Assembly: GCA_963695875.1 (NCBI GenBank) | Contig: CAVOID010000009.1 | Location: 96,001 to 160,000 of the forward strand | Source: an uncultured delta proteobacterium | GTDB lineage: Bacteria > Desulfobacterota > Syntrophia > Syntrophales > UBA2185 | DNA: 64,000 nucleotides | Reading direction: 5' to 3' | Part shown: piece by piece, positions 1-12,114 of the stretch | Layout: every line of letters starts with the position of its first letter | Numbering within the stretch: position 1 is the first letter of the stretch | Notes under the pieces: generated by a model | Database searches by the model: none | Told to the model about the DNA's origin: nothing | The model's input: only the letters and a program-made list of their open reading frames with translations | Translations under genes and position numbers: made by a program

Positions 1-383
1 ACCCAACCGAGATCAGTGAAACACTGAAAGCGGCAAAACAGGTATGGAAGGAAAAAATTATCGTTGTATTCCAACCCCATCGCTATACCCGGACAAAGGC
101 CCTTTTTAACGAATTTCTTACAGCTTTCCCCAACGCGGATGAACTGATTGTGACTGACATCTACGCGGCTAGTGAAGCTCCTATAAATGGGATAAATGCC
201 GAGAGCCTCTGTGAAGGGATACGCGGTCGCGGTCACAACAACGTTATCTATATGCATACCTTTGACGACATTGTAGATCACCTTCTTTCCATTGCAAAAC
301 CCACGGACGTTATTATCACACAAGGGGCTGGAAATGTATGGAAGATCGGTGAGGAATTCTTGAAAAGGGCCTCACAGAAGTGA
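1..383 (+). CDS. murC: UDP-N-acetylmuramate--L-alanine ligase, C-terminal part (5' truncated by window)
   Basis: Frame from nt 3 reads PTEI...VVFQPHRYTRT...TDIYAASE...QGAGNV, typical MurC C-terminal motifs; directly upstream of murB. Confidence 0.93.
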   Translation, partial: PTEISETLKAAKQVWKEKIIVVFQPHRYTRTKALFNEFLTAFPNADELIVTDIYAASEAPINGINAESLCEGIRGRGHNNVIYMHTFDDIVDHLLSIAKPTDVIITQGAGNVWKIGEEFLKRASQK

Positions 384-402
384 GGGTATCGAGGAAGACC
401 GT

Positions 403-1332
403 ATGCTTAAGGACAGCACGCTCCGCGAAAAGTTAAGAGATATTGTTTCCGGTAAGGTGTTGTTCAATGAACCTATGTCCCGCCACACGTCAATCGGAGT
501 AGGCGGGACGGCTGATGCATTGGTTTCTCCGGAAACCATGGAAGAATTAAGACAGACTATCACCTGTCTTAGACATTCTAAAATACCCTTCATTCCCGTC
601 GGCAACGGAACAAATCTAATAGTGCGGGACGGCGGTTACAGAGGTGTTATAATTTCCACTAAAGGTCTCAATAATATAACTTTGACTCAAAGAAGTGCCC
701 AGCAGGTGTCAATCCAGACGGGAGCAGGCGCTGCGCTTTCCGAGATTGTTCGCCTGACTGAAGAAGAATCTCTGACAGGCATGGAATTTTGTGCCGGTAT
801 CCCCGGCAGCGTGGGAGGGGCGGTTAAAATGAATGCCGGTGCTTATGGCAGAGAAATTAAGGACATCGTTGAAACAATCGAATTGATGGATAAAAGCGGA
901 GAAATCCGGGAATTAAAAAAAAACTCTCTAAAATTTGAATACAGGAATCTTGATCTGCCGGAGAGTACAATTATTACGGGTGCGTCGTTCCTCCTGACGA
1001 AGGGGACAAAGGAAAAAATTTGGGGGAGGATAAATGAAATTCTTGGAATGCGGAAGAATAAGCACCCCCTTGAATTTCGTAACTCAGGTTCCATATTCAA
1101 AAACCCCAAGGGAGGTGTCCCGGCCGGTCAAATCATTGATGAAATAGGGCTTAAGGGCAATCAGATAGGCAGTGCAAAAATATCAGAAAAACATGGAAAC
1201 TTCATCGTAAACCTGGGACAGGCAAAAGCAAGCGATATTATTGCGCTGATAAACATGGTTAAGAAAAAGGTTAAGGACGAACGCGGCATTATCCTGGAAG
1301 CAGAGGTTCGAATCATTGGGGAAGAAATATGA
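403..1332 (+). CDS. murB: UDP-N-acetylenolpyruvoylglucosamine reductase
   Basis: GIPGSVGGAVKMNAGAYG, SGSIFKNP and KHGNFIVN motifs; dcw context. Confidence 0.97.
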   Translation: MLKDSTLREKLRDIVSGKVLFNEPMSRHTSIGVGGTADALVSPETMEELRQTITCLRHSKIPFIPVGNGTNLIVRDGGYRGVIISTKGLNNITLTQRSAQQVSIQTGAGAALSEIVRLTEEESLTGMEFCAGIPGSVGGAVKMNAGAYGREIKDIVETIELMDKSGEIRELKKNSLKFEYRNLDLPESTIITGASFLLTKGTKEKIWGRINEILGMRKNKHPLEFRNSGSIFKNPKGGVPAGQIIDEIGLKGNQIGSAKISEKHGNFIVNLGQAKASDIIALINMVKKKVKDERGIILEAEVRIIGEEI

Positions 1333-2171
1333 AAAATCCCTTTAAATCGAAACTGGAAACACGGAAACACAGGCTGAAAAGACGTTCAAAGCAATTTATC
1401 CAAGAGATGTTGCATACAACTCTGTTGATAGGCGTTATTTTGACAATTACATCAGTGATGATCTTTGCTTACAATTTCATAATAACTTCCCCGTACTTTC
1501 AGATTAAAGAAACTGTTGTCCAGGGCTGCAAAGAACTTACGGAAAAAGAAGTCCTTTCACTGGCCGCAATCAGGCCATCTCAAAGTCTCCTGGCAATTAA
1601 TCCGGCTGCAATCGCCCGCAGAATAGAAGCAAATCCATGGGTCAAACAAGTTTTAATAGGGAAGGAGCTTCCCAACCGTTTGATTATAGAGGTACACGAA
1701 AGAACGGCGGTGGCCTTAGTTAAAAGTGATAACGGCATCAGCCTGCTGGATCTCGATGGGGTTACCTTTAAAAAGCTCGAAAACAGTGACGAAGCCGATA
1801 TCCCGGTGCTGAACGGATGTTATTCGGAGAGCAGCGATTCTGTGCTTTTTGCAAAATCCCTTGAACTCCTCCAATATCTTTCAACTGCGAAAGAGTTCCC
1901 GACTATAAAGAACATCTCTGAAATTCACGGTCACGATATATTCGGGCTTTCTCTTTTTACTGACAGCGGGCTGTGCATCCGGTTAGGCTTTGACAGTTAT
2001 GAAAATAAATTTAAACGACTGGCCACCGTTATGGCCGACCTGGAAAGAAGGAACATGAAATTGGGATTTTTGCTTATCGACCTTAACGATCCCGCTAAAA
2101 TTACTGTGCAGAAAAGAAATGTGCTAGGTCCCATGATACCGGCAGGTTCAAAGAAAAAATATAGAACATGA
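1329..2171 (+). CDS. ftsQ: Cell division protein FtsQ/DivIB (TM + POTRA)
   Basis: Basic N-terminus, single TM, PWVKQV...LPNRLIIEVHER POTRA signature; between murB and ftsA. Confidence 0.9.
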   Translation: MKNPFKSKLETRKHRLKRRSKQFIQEMLHTTLLIGVILTITSVMIFAYNFIITSPYFQIKETVVQGCKELTEKEVLSLAAIRPSQSLLAINPAAIARRIEANPWVKQVLIGKELPNRLIIEVHERTAVALVKSDNGISLLDLDGVTFKKLENSDEADIPVLNGCYSESSDSVLFAKSLELLQYLSTAKEFPTIKNISEIHGHDIFGLSLFTDSGLCIRLGFDSYENKFKRLATVMADLERRNMKLGFLLIDLNDPAKITVQKRNVLGPMIPAGSKKKYRT

Positions 2172-2224
2172 CATCCAGGATAACAGCTATGGTCCTAATG
2201 TAAATGAGGAAAGGTAAGTTAAGG

Positions 2225-3451
2225 ATGGCAAAGAAAGCACACGTAATTGTCGGCCTCGATTTAGGCACTACAAAAACCTGTGCCATAGTGGCTGAAATTA
2301 CGGATACGGGCATCGACATTATCGGGATAGGCTCCCATCCTTCGGAAGGTTTGAGAAAGGGCGTTGTAGTTAATATTGAAAGCACGGTAGAGGCAATCAG
2401 AAAGGCCGTTGAAGAAGCTGAACACATGTCAGGCTGTGAAATAAGCTCTGTACATGTGGGCATTGCCGGAGGGCACATAAAAGGACAAAACAGTCTCGGT
2501 ATCGTGGCCGTTAAAGGTCGCGAGGTTGATGAGGAAGATGTGCAGAGGGCGATTGAAGCATCAAAAGCCATCGCAATTCCCCTGGACAGGGAGATTTTGC
2601 ACACCCTGCCGCAGAATTATGTGGTTGACGACCAGAACGGCATCAGAGACCCGATCGGAATGTCCGGCGTTCGGCTTGAAGCTAAGGTACATATCGTAAC
2701 CGGTTCTGTTACGTCCGTACAGAATATTGTGAAATCGGTCAACCGCGTTGGACTGGAAATAGAAGACATTGTCCTTGAACAGCTTGCATCGAGTGAAGCG
2801 GTGCTTAGTGCCGATGAAAAGGATTTGGGAGTGGTCCTCTTGGACATCGGCGGCGGAACTACGGATATCGCTGTTTTTTCTGATGGAAGTATAAAGCATA
2901 CCGCCGTACTGCCGGTAGGGGGCAATTACGTCACAAGTGATATTGCAACCGGATTGAGAACACCTCTTACAGAAGCGGAAAAGATCAAAATAAAGTACGG
3001 ATGTTCCTTCACTTCTATGATACCGAAGGATGAGATCATAGAGGTTCCCAGTGTGGGCGGACGAGAACCGAGAGAAGTTACCCGTCAGATTCTCGGCAGG
3101 ATTATTGAGCCTCGGACCGAGGAGATCCTGAATTTGGCTTACAAGGAAATTATTAAATCAGGTTACGAAGACATTCTTGCTGCCGGTGTAGTTTTAACCG
3201 GAGGGACCTCCATCATGGAAGGAATCACAGAGTTGGCAGAGCACGTTTTTAATATGCCTGTAAGAAGGGGCTGTCCGACAGGAGTAGGAGGGTTGACAGA
3301 TGTAGTGAACTCTCCCATGTACGCAACAGGTGTGGGACTTGTTATTTATGGAAGTAAAACTCTATCCAAAGATACCCTGAGAAAGGCTGAAACAAATATA
3401 TTCAGCAAAACAACAAATAAAATTAAAAAATGGTTTTTAGAATTCTTTTAA
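2225..3451 (+). CDS. ftsA: Cell division protein FtsA
   Basis: GLDLGTTK, DIGGGTTD and VLTGG motifs; ATG at 2225 preferred over 2204. Confidence 0.97.
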   Translation: MAKKAHVIVGLDLGTTKTCAIVAEITDTGIDIIGIGSHPSEGLRKGVVVNIESTVEAIRKAVEEAEHMSGCEISSVHVGIAGGHIKGQNSLGIVAVKGREVDEEDVQRAIEASKAIAIPLDREILHTLPQNYVVDDQNGIRDPIGMSGVRLEAKVHIVTGSVTSVQNIVKSVNRVGLEIEDIVLEQLASSEAVLSADEKDLGVVLLDIGGGTTDIAVFSDGSIKHTAVLPVGGNYVTSDIATGLRTPLTEAEKIKIKYGCSFTSMIPKDEIIEVPSVGGREPREVTRQILGRIIEPRTEEILNLAYKEIIKSGYEDILAAGVVLTGGTSIMEGITELAEHVFNMPVRRGCPTGVGGLTDVVNSPMYATGVGLVIYGSKTLSKDTLRKAETNIFSKTTNKIKKWFLEFF

Positions 3452-3466
3452 AGAGGAGGTAGGGTC

Positions 3467-4615
3467 ATGTTTCAATTGATGGAGCCAGATACAATGAATT
3501 CGGCGAAGATTAAGGTAATCGGCATAGGAGGTGCGGGAGGCAATGCAGTGAACACCATGATTGCATGCAGCCTTAAAGGTGTCGACTTCATCGCGGCAAA
3601 TACAGACGCCCAAGCCTTAGGAGCATCCATTTCGCCCATCAAGATTCAGATCGGCGCTGAGGTCACCAAGGGACTAGGAGCCGGTTCAGATCCTGACGTA
3701 GGAAGAAGGTCGGCCATTGAAACAAAAGATCTATTAAGGGAGACCCTCGACAGGGCGGATATGGTCTTTATCACCGCCGGCCTGGGTGGCGGTACGGGTA
3801 CCGGTGGCGCACCCATAGTGGCAGAAATCGCCAAAGAACTCGGAATCCTCACCGTTGCCGTTGTTACAAAACCCTTCCTCTTTGAAGGCAAAAAAAGGAA
3901 TACGCAGGCGGAAGAAGGCATTACAGAATTGAGAAAGATTGTGGATACCCTCATCGTTGTTCCCAACCAAAGACTTCTCAGCCTGGGGGGGAAAAATCTT
4001 TCACTTCTGGAAGCCTTCAAGAAAGCGGATGATATTTTGTACCATGCTGTAAAGGGAATCTCTGATCTAATCATGATTCCCGGTCTGATCAACCTCGACT
4101 TCGCCGATGTAAAAACTATCATGTCTGAGATGGGAATGGCGCTAATGGGAACTGGAATTGCGAGAGGTGATAACAGGGCAGTGGAAGCCGCCCAGAAGGC
4201 AATATCTTCTCCGCTGCTTGAAGACAATACCATCCAGGGTGCTCACGGCATCCTTCTTAATATCACAGGAGGTGCCGACATGACTCTTTTTGAAATCAAT
4301 GAGGCATCATCTTTAATTCAGTCGGAAGCCCATGAGGATGCGAATATAATCTTCGGAACTGTCGTAGATGAGAATATGGGAGACGAAATACGTATCACCG
4401 TCATAGCAACGGGCTTCGAGGCAGAAAAACATAAGCCGGTGATGAAAAATGTCTCGCGCATGGGATCTCATAAAAGAGAGGATCTCTCCATGCCCGCCTA
4501 TCTGAGGCATGAAAAACCCATTGAGAATGTCAACGTGGTCAAAATGGGAATAGTCGATGACATAGATCATCTCGATCTTGAGATACCGACATTTCTGAGA
4601 AGACAGGCAGATTGA
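3467..4615 (+). CDS. ftsZ: Cell division protein FtsZ
   Basis: GGGTGTG tubulin signature, NLDFADV, C-terminal [19 protein letters not shown]. Confidence 0.99.
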   Translation: MFQLMEPDTMNSAKIKVIGIGGAGGNAVNTMIACSLKGVDFIAANTDAQALGASISPIKIQIGAEVTKGLGAGSDPDVGRRSAIETKDLLRETLDRADMVFITAGLGGGTGTGGAPIVAEIAKELGILTVAVVTKPFLFEGKKRNTQAEEGITELRKIVDTLIVVPNQRLLSLGGKNLSLLEAFKKADDILYHAVKGISDLIMIPGLINLDFADVKTIMSEMGMALMGTGIARGDNRAVEAAQKAISSPLLEDNTIQGAHGILLNITGGADMTLFEINEASSLIQSEAHEDANIIFGTVVDENMGDEIRITVIATGFEAEKHKPVMKNVSRMGSHKREDLSMPAYLRHEKPIENVNVVKMGIVDDIDHLDLEIPTFLRRQAD

Positions 4616-4686
4616 AGGAGAAGACTTCTAATCCGTAATTGCAGAATCCTGAAAAATTAAGCTCGCTGCATTCATTTAGCGAGGTG

Positions 4687-4790
4687 AAAATACGAAATTC
4701 TAAACAATATCAAAAATCAAAAGGATCAAAGCATTTAGATTTTCAATTTTTTGAATTTGTTTAGGATTTAGAAATTAGGATTTTGGATTC
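4687..4790. repeat. AT-rich imperfect palindromic element with 7-nt periodic units
   Basis: AAATTCTAAACAA (4695-4707) pairs with TTGTTTAGGATTT (4757-4769); units ttaggat/ttagaaa/ttaggat/tttggat at 4761-4788. Confidence 0.55.
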
Positions 4791-4791
4791 T

Positions 4792-6496
4792 ATGTCCTGG
4801 AAACTTGAAAGAAAATATAATGATTTCTTAGCTGATGAAGACAGGACATCAGAAAAAGATCTGGGGAGAACTGCTCACAGTATGTCTTGCTTACCCGAGT
4901 TACTATCGAACAGGGATGTCTAACCTTGGGCTGCATACCATTTATTCATTGATAAACCATCAATCATCGTATCTTTGCGAACGAGCCTTTCTTCCCGAAC
5001 CCGGGGATGAAGCTTTATTCACTCTGGGATCAATCCCCCTCTTCAGCCTGGAGTCACAGAAGCCCCTCACCGAATTCGACATCATCGCTTTCTCAATCCC
5101 CTTTGAAAACGATTATCCCAACATTTTGAAAATGTTGACCATGGCGGGGATTGCCCTTTCTGCCCGGGAGAGAAGGGAAACGGAGCCATTAATCATCGGC
5201 GGCGGCGTTTCAGCAACCCTGAATCCGGAACCGCTGGCGGATTTTTTTGACCTTTTTTTACTGGGAGAGGGAGAAGAAGTTCTACCGGAATTTCTCACTC
5301 TCTTCGAAGATCACCGCCGACTCGGCCTCAACCGGAGTGAACTCCTCTTTCGCGTTCAGAAAGAGACAGAGGGAGCTTACGTTCCAAAGTATTATAAGGT
5401 AAATTACAAGGCAGACCATCTCATAGAAAATATTGAACCCGTAGATGCCTCATTCCCCGAAAAGATAAAGACAAGGCATATCTCAGACATCAACACCTTC
5501 ACGACCGATCAATGTATCAGCGCCCACATCGCGGAATTCAAGGAAGTATTTTTAACTGAAATAAGCCGCGGATGTCAGCGCGGATGCCGCTTTTGCGCGG
5601 CAGGATTCTTATATCGACCCGCAAGATTCAGAAACTTGGCGACACTCGAGTCATCATTTAACCGGGGAATAGAGGGGCAAAAAAAGATCGGGCTCCTTGG
5701 CACGGCGGTTTCCGATCATCCGGACCTGCATGCCCTTTGCCGTTATATTATTAATCATAAGGGTAATGTGGCTATCGGCTCGTTCAGACTGGATCGACTT
5801 GACAGCGAATTGGTTTCCCTGCTTCAAGAATTGCATGTCGAGACTTTGTCTCTGGCGCCGGAGGCAGGCAGCCAGCGTCTAAGAAATGTCATCCACAAGG
5901 GTATAACAGATGAAGACATCATGAACGCTGTTGGATTGCTCATTAAACATGGAATTGTCAATATCAGGCTTTATTTCATGGTCGGCCTGCCTACCGAAAC
6001 GGATGGAGATATTGAGGCCATCATTGATCTGATCAAAAAGATAAAACATCATGCCATGAAATTATCGGCGGGAAAAAGAAGGTTCAAAAGAATTACCCTT
6101 AGCATCAATCAGTTCATCCCCAAACCCGCTACACCTTTTCAGTGGCATCCCCTGGAAGAAATTAATATAGTAAGAAAGAAGCTGAGAAAAATTGATAGTA
6201 CCCTGCGCAAGGAACCGTCCGTGAAGGTTATTCACGATCTCCCGAAATGGAACTACATACAGGCGCTGTTTTCCCTCGGTGACAGAAAGGTCAGCGAGAT
6301 ACTTCTCTCAGCTCATAATAATAACGGCAACTGGCCGAAGGCTTTTAAAGAAGTAAACGTGAATCCGGACTTCTACGTCTATCGTTACAAGAATACTGAT
6401 GAGATACTGCCGTGGGACTTTATTGACCACGGAATCAGCAAACAGTACCTCATTGCACAGTACAAGAAAGCTATGGAAAACGGTACGCACCTGTAA
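4792..6496 (+). CDS. B12-binding-type radical SAM protein; probable true start 4792 with a +1 frameshift near 4840 (ORF track 4835..6496)
   Basis: RGCQRGCRFC CxxxCxxC motif, LAPEAGSQRLR, YFMVGLPTET, FIPKPATPFQW; MSWKLERKYNDFLADE joins TGHQKKIWG if one G is removed. Confidence 0.85.
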
Positions 6497-6614
6497 GGAA
6501 AACAATATGAAAAAACTTTCTATTCCGATTCCTGGTTCGTCAGCAGTGTATCTGGTCGGAGAAAATGTAATTCACAACCTCTGTAAACTGTGAATGAGTT
6601 TTAAGAGTGGCTTT

Positions 6615-7304
6615 ATGAAAAGGTTGTTTTTATACATCATTTGCGCTACCTGTTTTTTTTACACATCGTCATCAGGTGCACATGATAAATCTTCAGGCTG
6701 GTTAGACAAGGGCGTGGCACTAGTAATGGAGGGTAAGTATAATGAGGCAATAAAAGCCTTTGACAAAGCTATAGAGCTGAATCCCAGAGATGCAGTTGCT
6801 TACAATAACAGGGGAGCCGCCTATGGGCAAATAGGAAACTACAAGCAACAGATCGATGACTCCAATAAAGCCATTGAGTTAAATCCTAAAGACGCTGTGG
6901 CCTATAATAACCGTGGAGTTGCTTACGGGGAGCTGGGCAGCTATGAACAGGAAATTGAAGATTGCAGTAAAGCCATCGAGATCAATCCCAATCTGGCTGT
7001 TGCTTACTACCACAGGGGAATTGCCTATTATAAATTAGGCAACCGTAAACAAGCTGCAAAGGATAAAAACAAAGCTTATGCGCTGAATCCAAAAAGATCC
7101 TGGGGTAAGGTAGAGATCATGACATCTGAATCAATTGCACCGTCAAATGATGAAAGCAAAATCAAAGTAATCGGAAATCGTGACAGTAAGCGTTATCATC
7201 TTCCGGGAATGATGTACTATGACAAGGTCAAGGCCTATCACCGCGTTATATTCAACTCGGAAAAAGAAGCAATAAAGGCTGGATATCATAAGGCCAGCCA
7301 ATAA
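6615..7304 (+). CDS. Exported TPR protein with a small C-terminal domain (GN..SK.YHLPG...EAIKAGY, Ada metal-binding-like)
   Basis: Signal peptide MKRLFLY..., four TPR repeats (AYNNRG...KAIELNP). Confidence 0.85.
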   Translation: MKRLFLYIICATCFFYTSSSGAHDKSSGWLDKGVALVMEGKYNEAIKAFDKAIELNPRDAVAYNNRGAAYGQIGNYKQQIDDSNKAIELNPKDAVAYNNRGVAYGELGSYEQEIEDCSKAIEINPNLAVAYYHRGIAYYKLGNRKQAAKDKNKAYALNPKRSWGKVEIMTSESIAPSNDESKIKVIGNRDSKRYHLPGMMYYDKVKAYHRVIFNSEKEAIKAGYHKASQ

Positions 7305-7364
7305 TTAAATAGGCATTTTGCTCGGACTTACAGCTATCGTGCTGCTTACTTATAGGTCAATGCG

Positions 7365-8150
7365 ATGAACACCTTCAAGATTTCCACATACAACGTAAAT
7401 TCTATCAGATCGCGGCTTCACATCATCATTCCATGGCTTAAAAAAAATCGTCCTGATGTCCTTTGCATGCAGGAAACTAAGGTTGAAGACGGGAAATTTC
7501 CGGTCATTGAGTTTGAGGATGCCGGCTATCACATAATTTTTAAAGGAGAAAAACGTTATAATGGTGTGGCGGTTGCATCCCTGGAAAAACCAAAGGAAGT
7601 CTCTTTCGGCCTTGACGACGGCGGCCCTCCCGATAAGGACCGTCTGATCAAAGGTGTATTTTCAGGAATACCTGTATTGAATACCTATGTCCCCCAGGGG
7701 CATGACCGGGAAAGTCCGCAGTTTGCATACAAACTCAACTGGTTCAAGCGCCTAAGGACGTTTCTGGAAAAATCACATTCCTCCGATAAGCCGTTAATCT
7801 GGTGCGGCGATCTCAACGTGGCGCCGGAAGCCATAGACGTGCATAATCCCAAACGGCTGCTGGGCCATGTCTGTTTCACACCGGAGGTATGGGAGGCATT
7901 TGCTCTGGTAAAGTCATGGGGATTCACCGATCTTTTCAGAAAATTCCACCCCGGTGAAGCCGGCTACTATACATTCTTCGACTACCGTGTGCCAAAATCC
8001 GTTGAAAGAGGTCTGGGATGGCGGGTCGACCATATCCTCGCGACACTACCCCTGGCTGCAAAATCGGCAAACTGCTCAATCGATATGAACACAAGGCAAG
8101 CCGAGAAACCATCCGATCATACTTTGCTTGTCGCCGAATTCAAGCTATGA
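7365..8150 (+). CDS. xth: Exodeoxyribonuclease III
   Basis: [26 protein letters not shown] and SDH motifs. Confidence 0.96.
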   Translation: MNTFKISTYNVNSIRSRLHIIIPWLKKNRPDVLCMQETKVEDGKFPVIEFEDAGYHIIFKGEKRYNGVAVASLEKPKEVSFGLDDGGPPDKDRLIKGVFSGIPVLNTYVPQGHDRESPQFAYKLNWFKRLRTFLEKSHSSDKPLIWCGDLNVAPEAIDVHNPKRLLGHVCFTPEVWEAFALVKSWGFTDLFRKFHPGEAGYYTFFDYRVPKSVERGLGWRVDHILATLPLAAKSANCSIDMNTRQAEKPSDHTLLVAEFKL

Positions 8151-8167
8151 CTAAGGAGAGAAGATAA

Positions 8168-8704
8168 ATGAAGGACAATGTTGAAATCCTGGAAAAAAAC
8201 GAAGAGATCGCCCGAAAATTCCAAAAGATCGAAGACAATATTCCCTCCTTCCTCAATGTGAAAGACCTGTTTGAAAAACTTATCATCCAGATCCAGGAGG
8301 AATTCACTATTCCGTTTGTATGGATTTCTATCGTCAATGAACGCGATTTATCAAGCCTGGTTCAGGCGCTGAAATCCTCACAAATTCTGAAGGAACGTTT
8401 AAACATCATAGAACGGAGCACGTTCTTAAATCTCGTCGCAAACAGCACGAAGCCCATGCTCGCCAATAATCACCTGCAATCTTTTTATAAACTCCTGCCG
8501 CTCAAAAGGAAATATTTTATCAAGTCCGTTGCCGTTGCCCCTATAACCCTCAACAACGAGATTATCGGCAGCATAAATTACGGGGATTCCTCCAGCCTCC
8601 GCTACCAGCCGGGTATGGACACATGCCTGCTTGAAAAAATGGTCTCGAATATATCCGCCCGCCTGTCAGGCATCATGACGGCTTCCAAGCAAAAGACGAA
8701 ATAA
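8168..8704 (+). CDS. GAF-like (DUF484-like) protein
   Basis: KSVAVAPI...IIGSINYGDSSSLRYQPGMDT GAF-like C-terminus. Confidence 0.6.
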   Translation: MKDNVEILEKNEEIARKFQKIEDNIPSFLNVKDLFEKLIIQIQEEFTIPFVWISIVNERDLSSLVQALKSSQILKERLNIIERSTFLNLVANSTKPMLANNHLQSFYKLLPLKRKYFIKSVAVAPITLNNEIIGSINYGDSSSLRYQPGMDTCLLEKMVSNISARLSGIMTASKQKTK

Positions 8705-8722
8705 GCAGAGCTGATCGATACC

Positions 8723-11063
8723 TTACTCATCCATCACACCCTTTAACAGCGGGGAAATGCCGTCATGGACAAAAGCCTCTATTTCATCGGCATCATCCAT
8801 CGAAAGCACGCGCGTCAGATCCTCCTTTGACTGCACCTGTTCTACGTTCCTGATCAGATGCTTGATAACCGGCACTGAAGGTGCATTCATGCTCAATTGG
8901 TCTATGCCCATCCCCATGTATAGGTAAGCACATTTGGGATTTGCTGCTGCTTCACCACAAATAACTACAGGCTTATCTTGTCTATTACAAACTGAAGCAA
9001 TCTCCAAAATAGTGGCTATCACGGCAGGATGGAGGGGGTTATATATCGGCGCTACCTTTTGATTATTTCTATCCACAGCCAGCACAAACTGGACCAAATC
9101 ATTTGTCCCGACACTGACAAAATCGGCATACCGAAGCAGCTTTTCCAAAATAACGACGGCTGCCGGCACCTCAAGAAGGATTCCTACTTTGATTGTATCA
9201 TTAAACGGAATGCGCCTTCTCCCGTAAACGCACCTTTTCTTCGTTTAAGATTGAATGAATATCTTTCATTTCTCTGACTGAGGATATCATGGGGAACAGT
9301 ACCTTTAAAGAGCCGAAGGGTGATGCCCTTAAAATGGCCCGTATCTGCTCCCTGAAAACATCTCTAAGCTCGAGGGACACCCGGATGGACCTCCAGCCCA
9401 GATAGGGGTTATCCTCTCTGGGATAATCCAGGTAGGACAGAAATTTGTCGCCACCCACGTCGAGTGTACGAATGGTGACTTCCTTCCCTTTGGCCGCCTC
9501 AAGAATCCGCTTGTACAGATCTACCTGCTCATCCTCAGAGGGAAAGCGCTCCCTTACCAGAAAGGGAAATTCTGTTCTGTAAAGGCCGATATGATCAGCC
9601 CCATATTTTTCAACTAGTTCAAAGTCGGATAAAAGTCCGATATTCGCACCAAGCTTGACTTCAAAACCATCCCGCGTCTGAGGCTTCAAGTGTTTTAGGA
9701 TTTCAAGTCTTCCGACCTGCCTTGACTTTTCATCTTCAAGCCGCCGATATTCCCGGATGATGATTTCCGACGGGTTATGGAAGATAAGACCTGATGTGCC
9801 GTCGACAATTAATAAATCATTCTCCTGAATCTCCCTGAACATCACCCTGGAAATAATGACCATAGGTATTTCAAAGGACCTTGCCAGAATTGCCACATGG
9901 GATGTTTCACCGCCTTTTGATAAGATAATGCCCTTAAGGTTCTCCTGCCTGAGCATGATCAGCTCACCGGGAGAAATGCTTGATGCAATTATGATAGTCT
10001 TTCTTGCAAATCTCCTGGGTTCATCATCTTCAAGACCGAGGAGATTTTTTAATATACGTCTCCCGACATTTTCGATATCGGAGCCCCTGTCCCGCAGATA
10101 GTGATCCTCTATTTTGGAAAAGACCCTTACATAGTCTAAAATGACCTCTTTTAAGGCATATTCTGCAGCGTACCTCTGTTTGATATAATTAATCACTTTG
10201 TTTTTCAGACCGCTATCACGGATATACATAAGGTACGTATGGAAGATATCTTCATCTCCGGAGGAGAGCTCGGATTTTACGTCATTGCACAGCCGCTCGA
10301 TCTGCGCTTCGGACCGTTTCAGGGCATTTTCAAGCCTGCTTATCTCATGATCCACATCATCGGCTTCATGAAAATATACATCGGAAAATCCGATTGAATC
10401 CCTAAGATAATGGGTGTGACCATCCCCGAATCCTGCAGACACAGGTATCCCTTTCAAGAGTTCCTTCTTTACTACTCTGGATGCCGTTTCTCTTCGTGAG
10501 CCTAAAAACCACTTCGATGTCTCGTCCGTTTTTTCGGTCTTATTTTTCATGTCTCTCAAAAGATTCGCATAGGCCGCCTCACTTGCTATCTGGGATGAGA
10601 TCATTGAAAATACGGAAATATCCAATTCGCCTATAGCAGTTTCCTCCACAGTCTGAATAACTAAAACTCCAAGGGCTTCACCATGATAAACAAGCGGAAG
10701 CCCCAGGAAACTATGGTACTTTTCTTCGCCGCTGCCTGCGAAATACTTGTATCTAGGATGACGCGCCGGATTTTTTACAAATACAGGCCTCATCTCCTCG
10801 ATGACGAGCCCGGTCAAGCCTTCGTTGAGATTCATGTATATCTTTCCTACCATTTCCTCGCTCAAACCAACTGTAGCAACGAGTGACAGACATTTCCTGT
10901 CTTTATCGAATACATAGATGGAACAAACATCAACGCAAAATTTTTCGGCAATAAGCCTGACAATTTTTCGAAGCGTCTCTGACGGACCGCTAGAACCGGT
11001 GATGATCCTCCCCACATCTTCGATTATAGATATGCCTCTCTCTTTAAACGCTTGTTTACTCAT
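8723..11063 (-). CDS. ptsP: GAF-domain PEP-protein phosphotransferase (EI-Ntr), split by a +1 frameshift near 9213
   Basis: N-terminal GAF, TSHVAILARS phospho-His, GLYRTEF and ENPYLGWRSIR-like motifs in 9201..11063; SVGTNDLVQF and ICGEAA in 8723..9169. Confidence 0.92.
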
Positions 11064-11244
11064 ATTTCAGATATCCATACATTCTTTTTTTGGCCATCAT
11101 CTCACGCCATTCTTTGAAAGCTAGCATGGGTAAAGGCATTTAACAATTACTTTTGACTGGCTCTGCTATAGTTATTGAAAGACAGGGAGTCATTGCCTTA
11201 TGCACTTGAAGGTTCCTGATAACAGTCGATAGTAATCTTCAAAT

Positions 11245-11424
11245 TTATCGTCCAAGAAAGAAAAGACAACTCACATCCCGGTCAATACACTCTTCTTTAT
11301 TTATCGGCATTAAATTCTTCCGATCCGTCCCTTTACCCATCTTTTCCAGTTTACCAATCCGGTAGTGCAATTCAGCAAGCTCTTTTAAAATCCGGCATCT
11401 CGCAAAACTTTCTTCTCCCATCAT
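11245..11424 (-). CDS. Possible small hypothetical protein (MMGEESF...)
   Basis: GAGG before ATG and amphipathic helix ILKELAELHYRIGKLEKM; no family recognised. Confidence 0.3.
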   Translation of the reverse strand: MMGEESFARCRILKELAELHYRIGKLEKMGKGTDRKNLMPINKEECIDRDVSCLFFLGR

Positions 11425-12114
11425 GCAAACCTCAAGAACATAAAAAATTTTTCGACAAACCACAAACAGCAATCCACCTGTAAATTTTAAGTGACTGAAT
11501 CTGACGGCATCGATCTTATTTGCAGACACTTTGTATCAGGATTTTAAGCAGAAACTGCAGGTGAAATTTCGCCGTGACGTTTATTAGCATCACTCAAGAA
11601 TTGCCTTTAAAATACCGTATGATAGTATTATAAAGAACTAAATCGTCGCTCTCTAATCTATATAGTTCATCTAAATTACCTTTAAAAAATTTATTATTAG
11701 CAGATAAAATTGAAGCTTCAAGAAAAATCGATGACTCCTTGTCCTTATTCAAAAACGTTTTATCAGCTTCCTGTCTCACGACTGCTCCTGTCTCTTAGTA
11801 TTCGCCTTATCCAGTTATGTGGAAGAAATTCCGACAACCATCAGATATTACTTTTTATGAATTTTATTTATATTAGATCAATTAAACTCTTTAATCAATA
11901 CGAATAGATTATATGTAAAATACGAGGTAAAACCTTGTATTGTAATAATATGAAATGTACCGTTGATAGCACAGGATTTCCCCGTCAGTAATATATTTAT
12001 GCAAGGAAAGCCCCGTGTATTATGCTCTCGGTTAATCAAGCAATCCTTTACCCTAAGGATAATTCGTGATACAAAAATTTAAAATAATTACGGAAAGGGC
12101 AATCAGCCGAAATA

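Noticed and set aside
1329..1332. No ddl between murB and ftsQ
   Set aside because: dcw clusters lacking ddl at this position are common; the gene is probably elsewhere
11425..12114. AT-rich region with short ORFs (11594..11779, 11710..11907)
   Set aside because: No recognisable motifs; may be a decayed gene but cannot be supported
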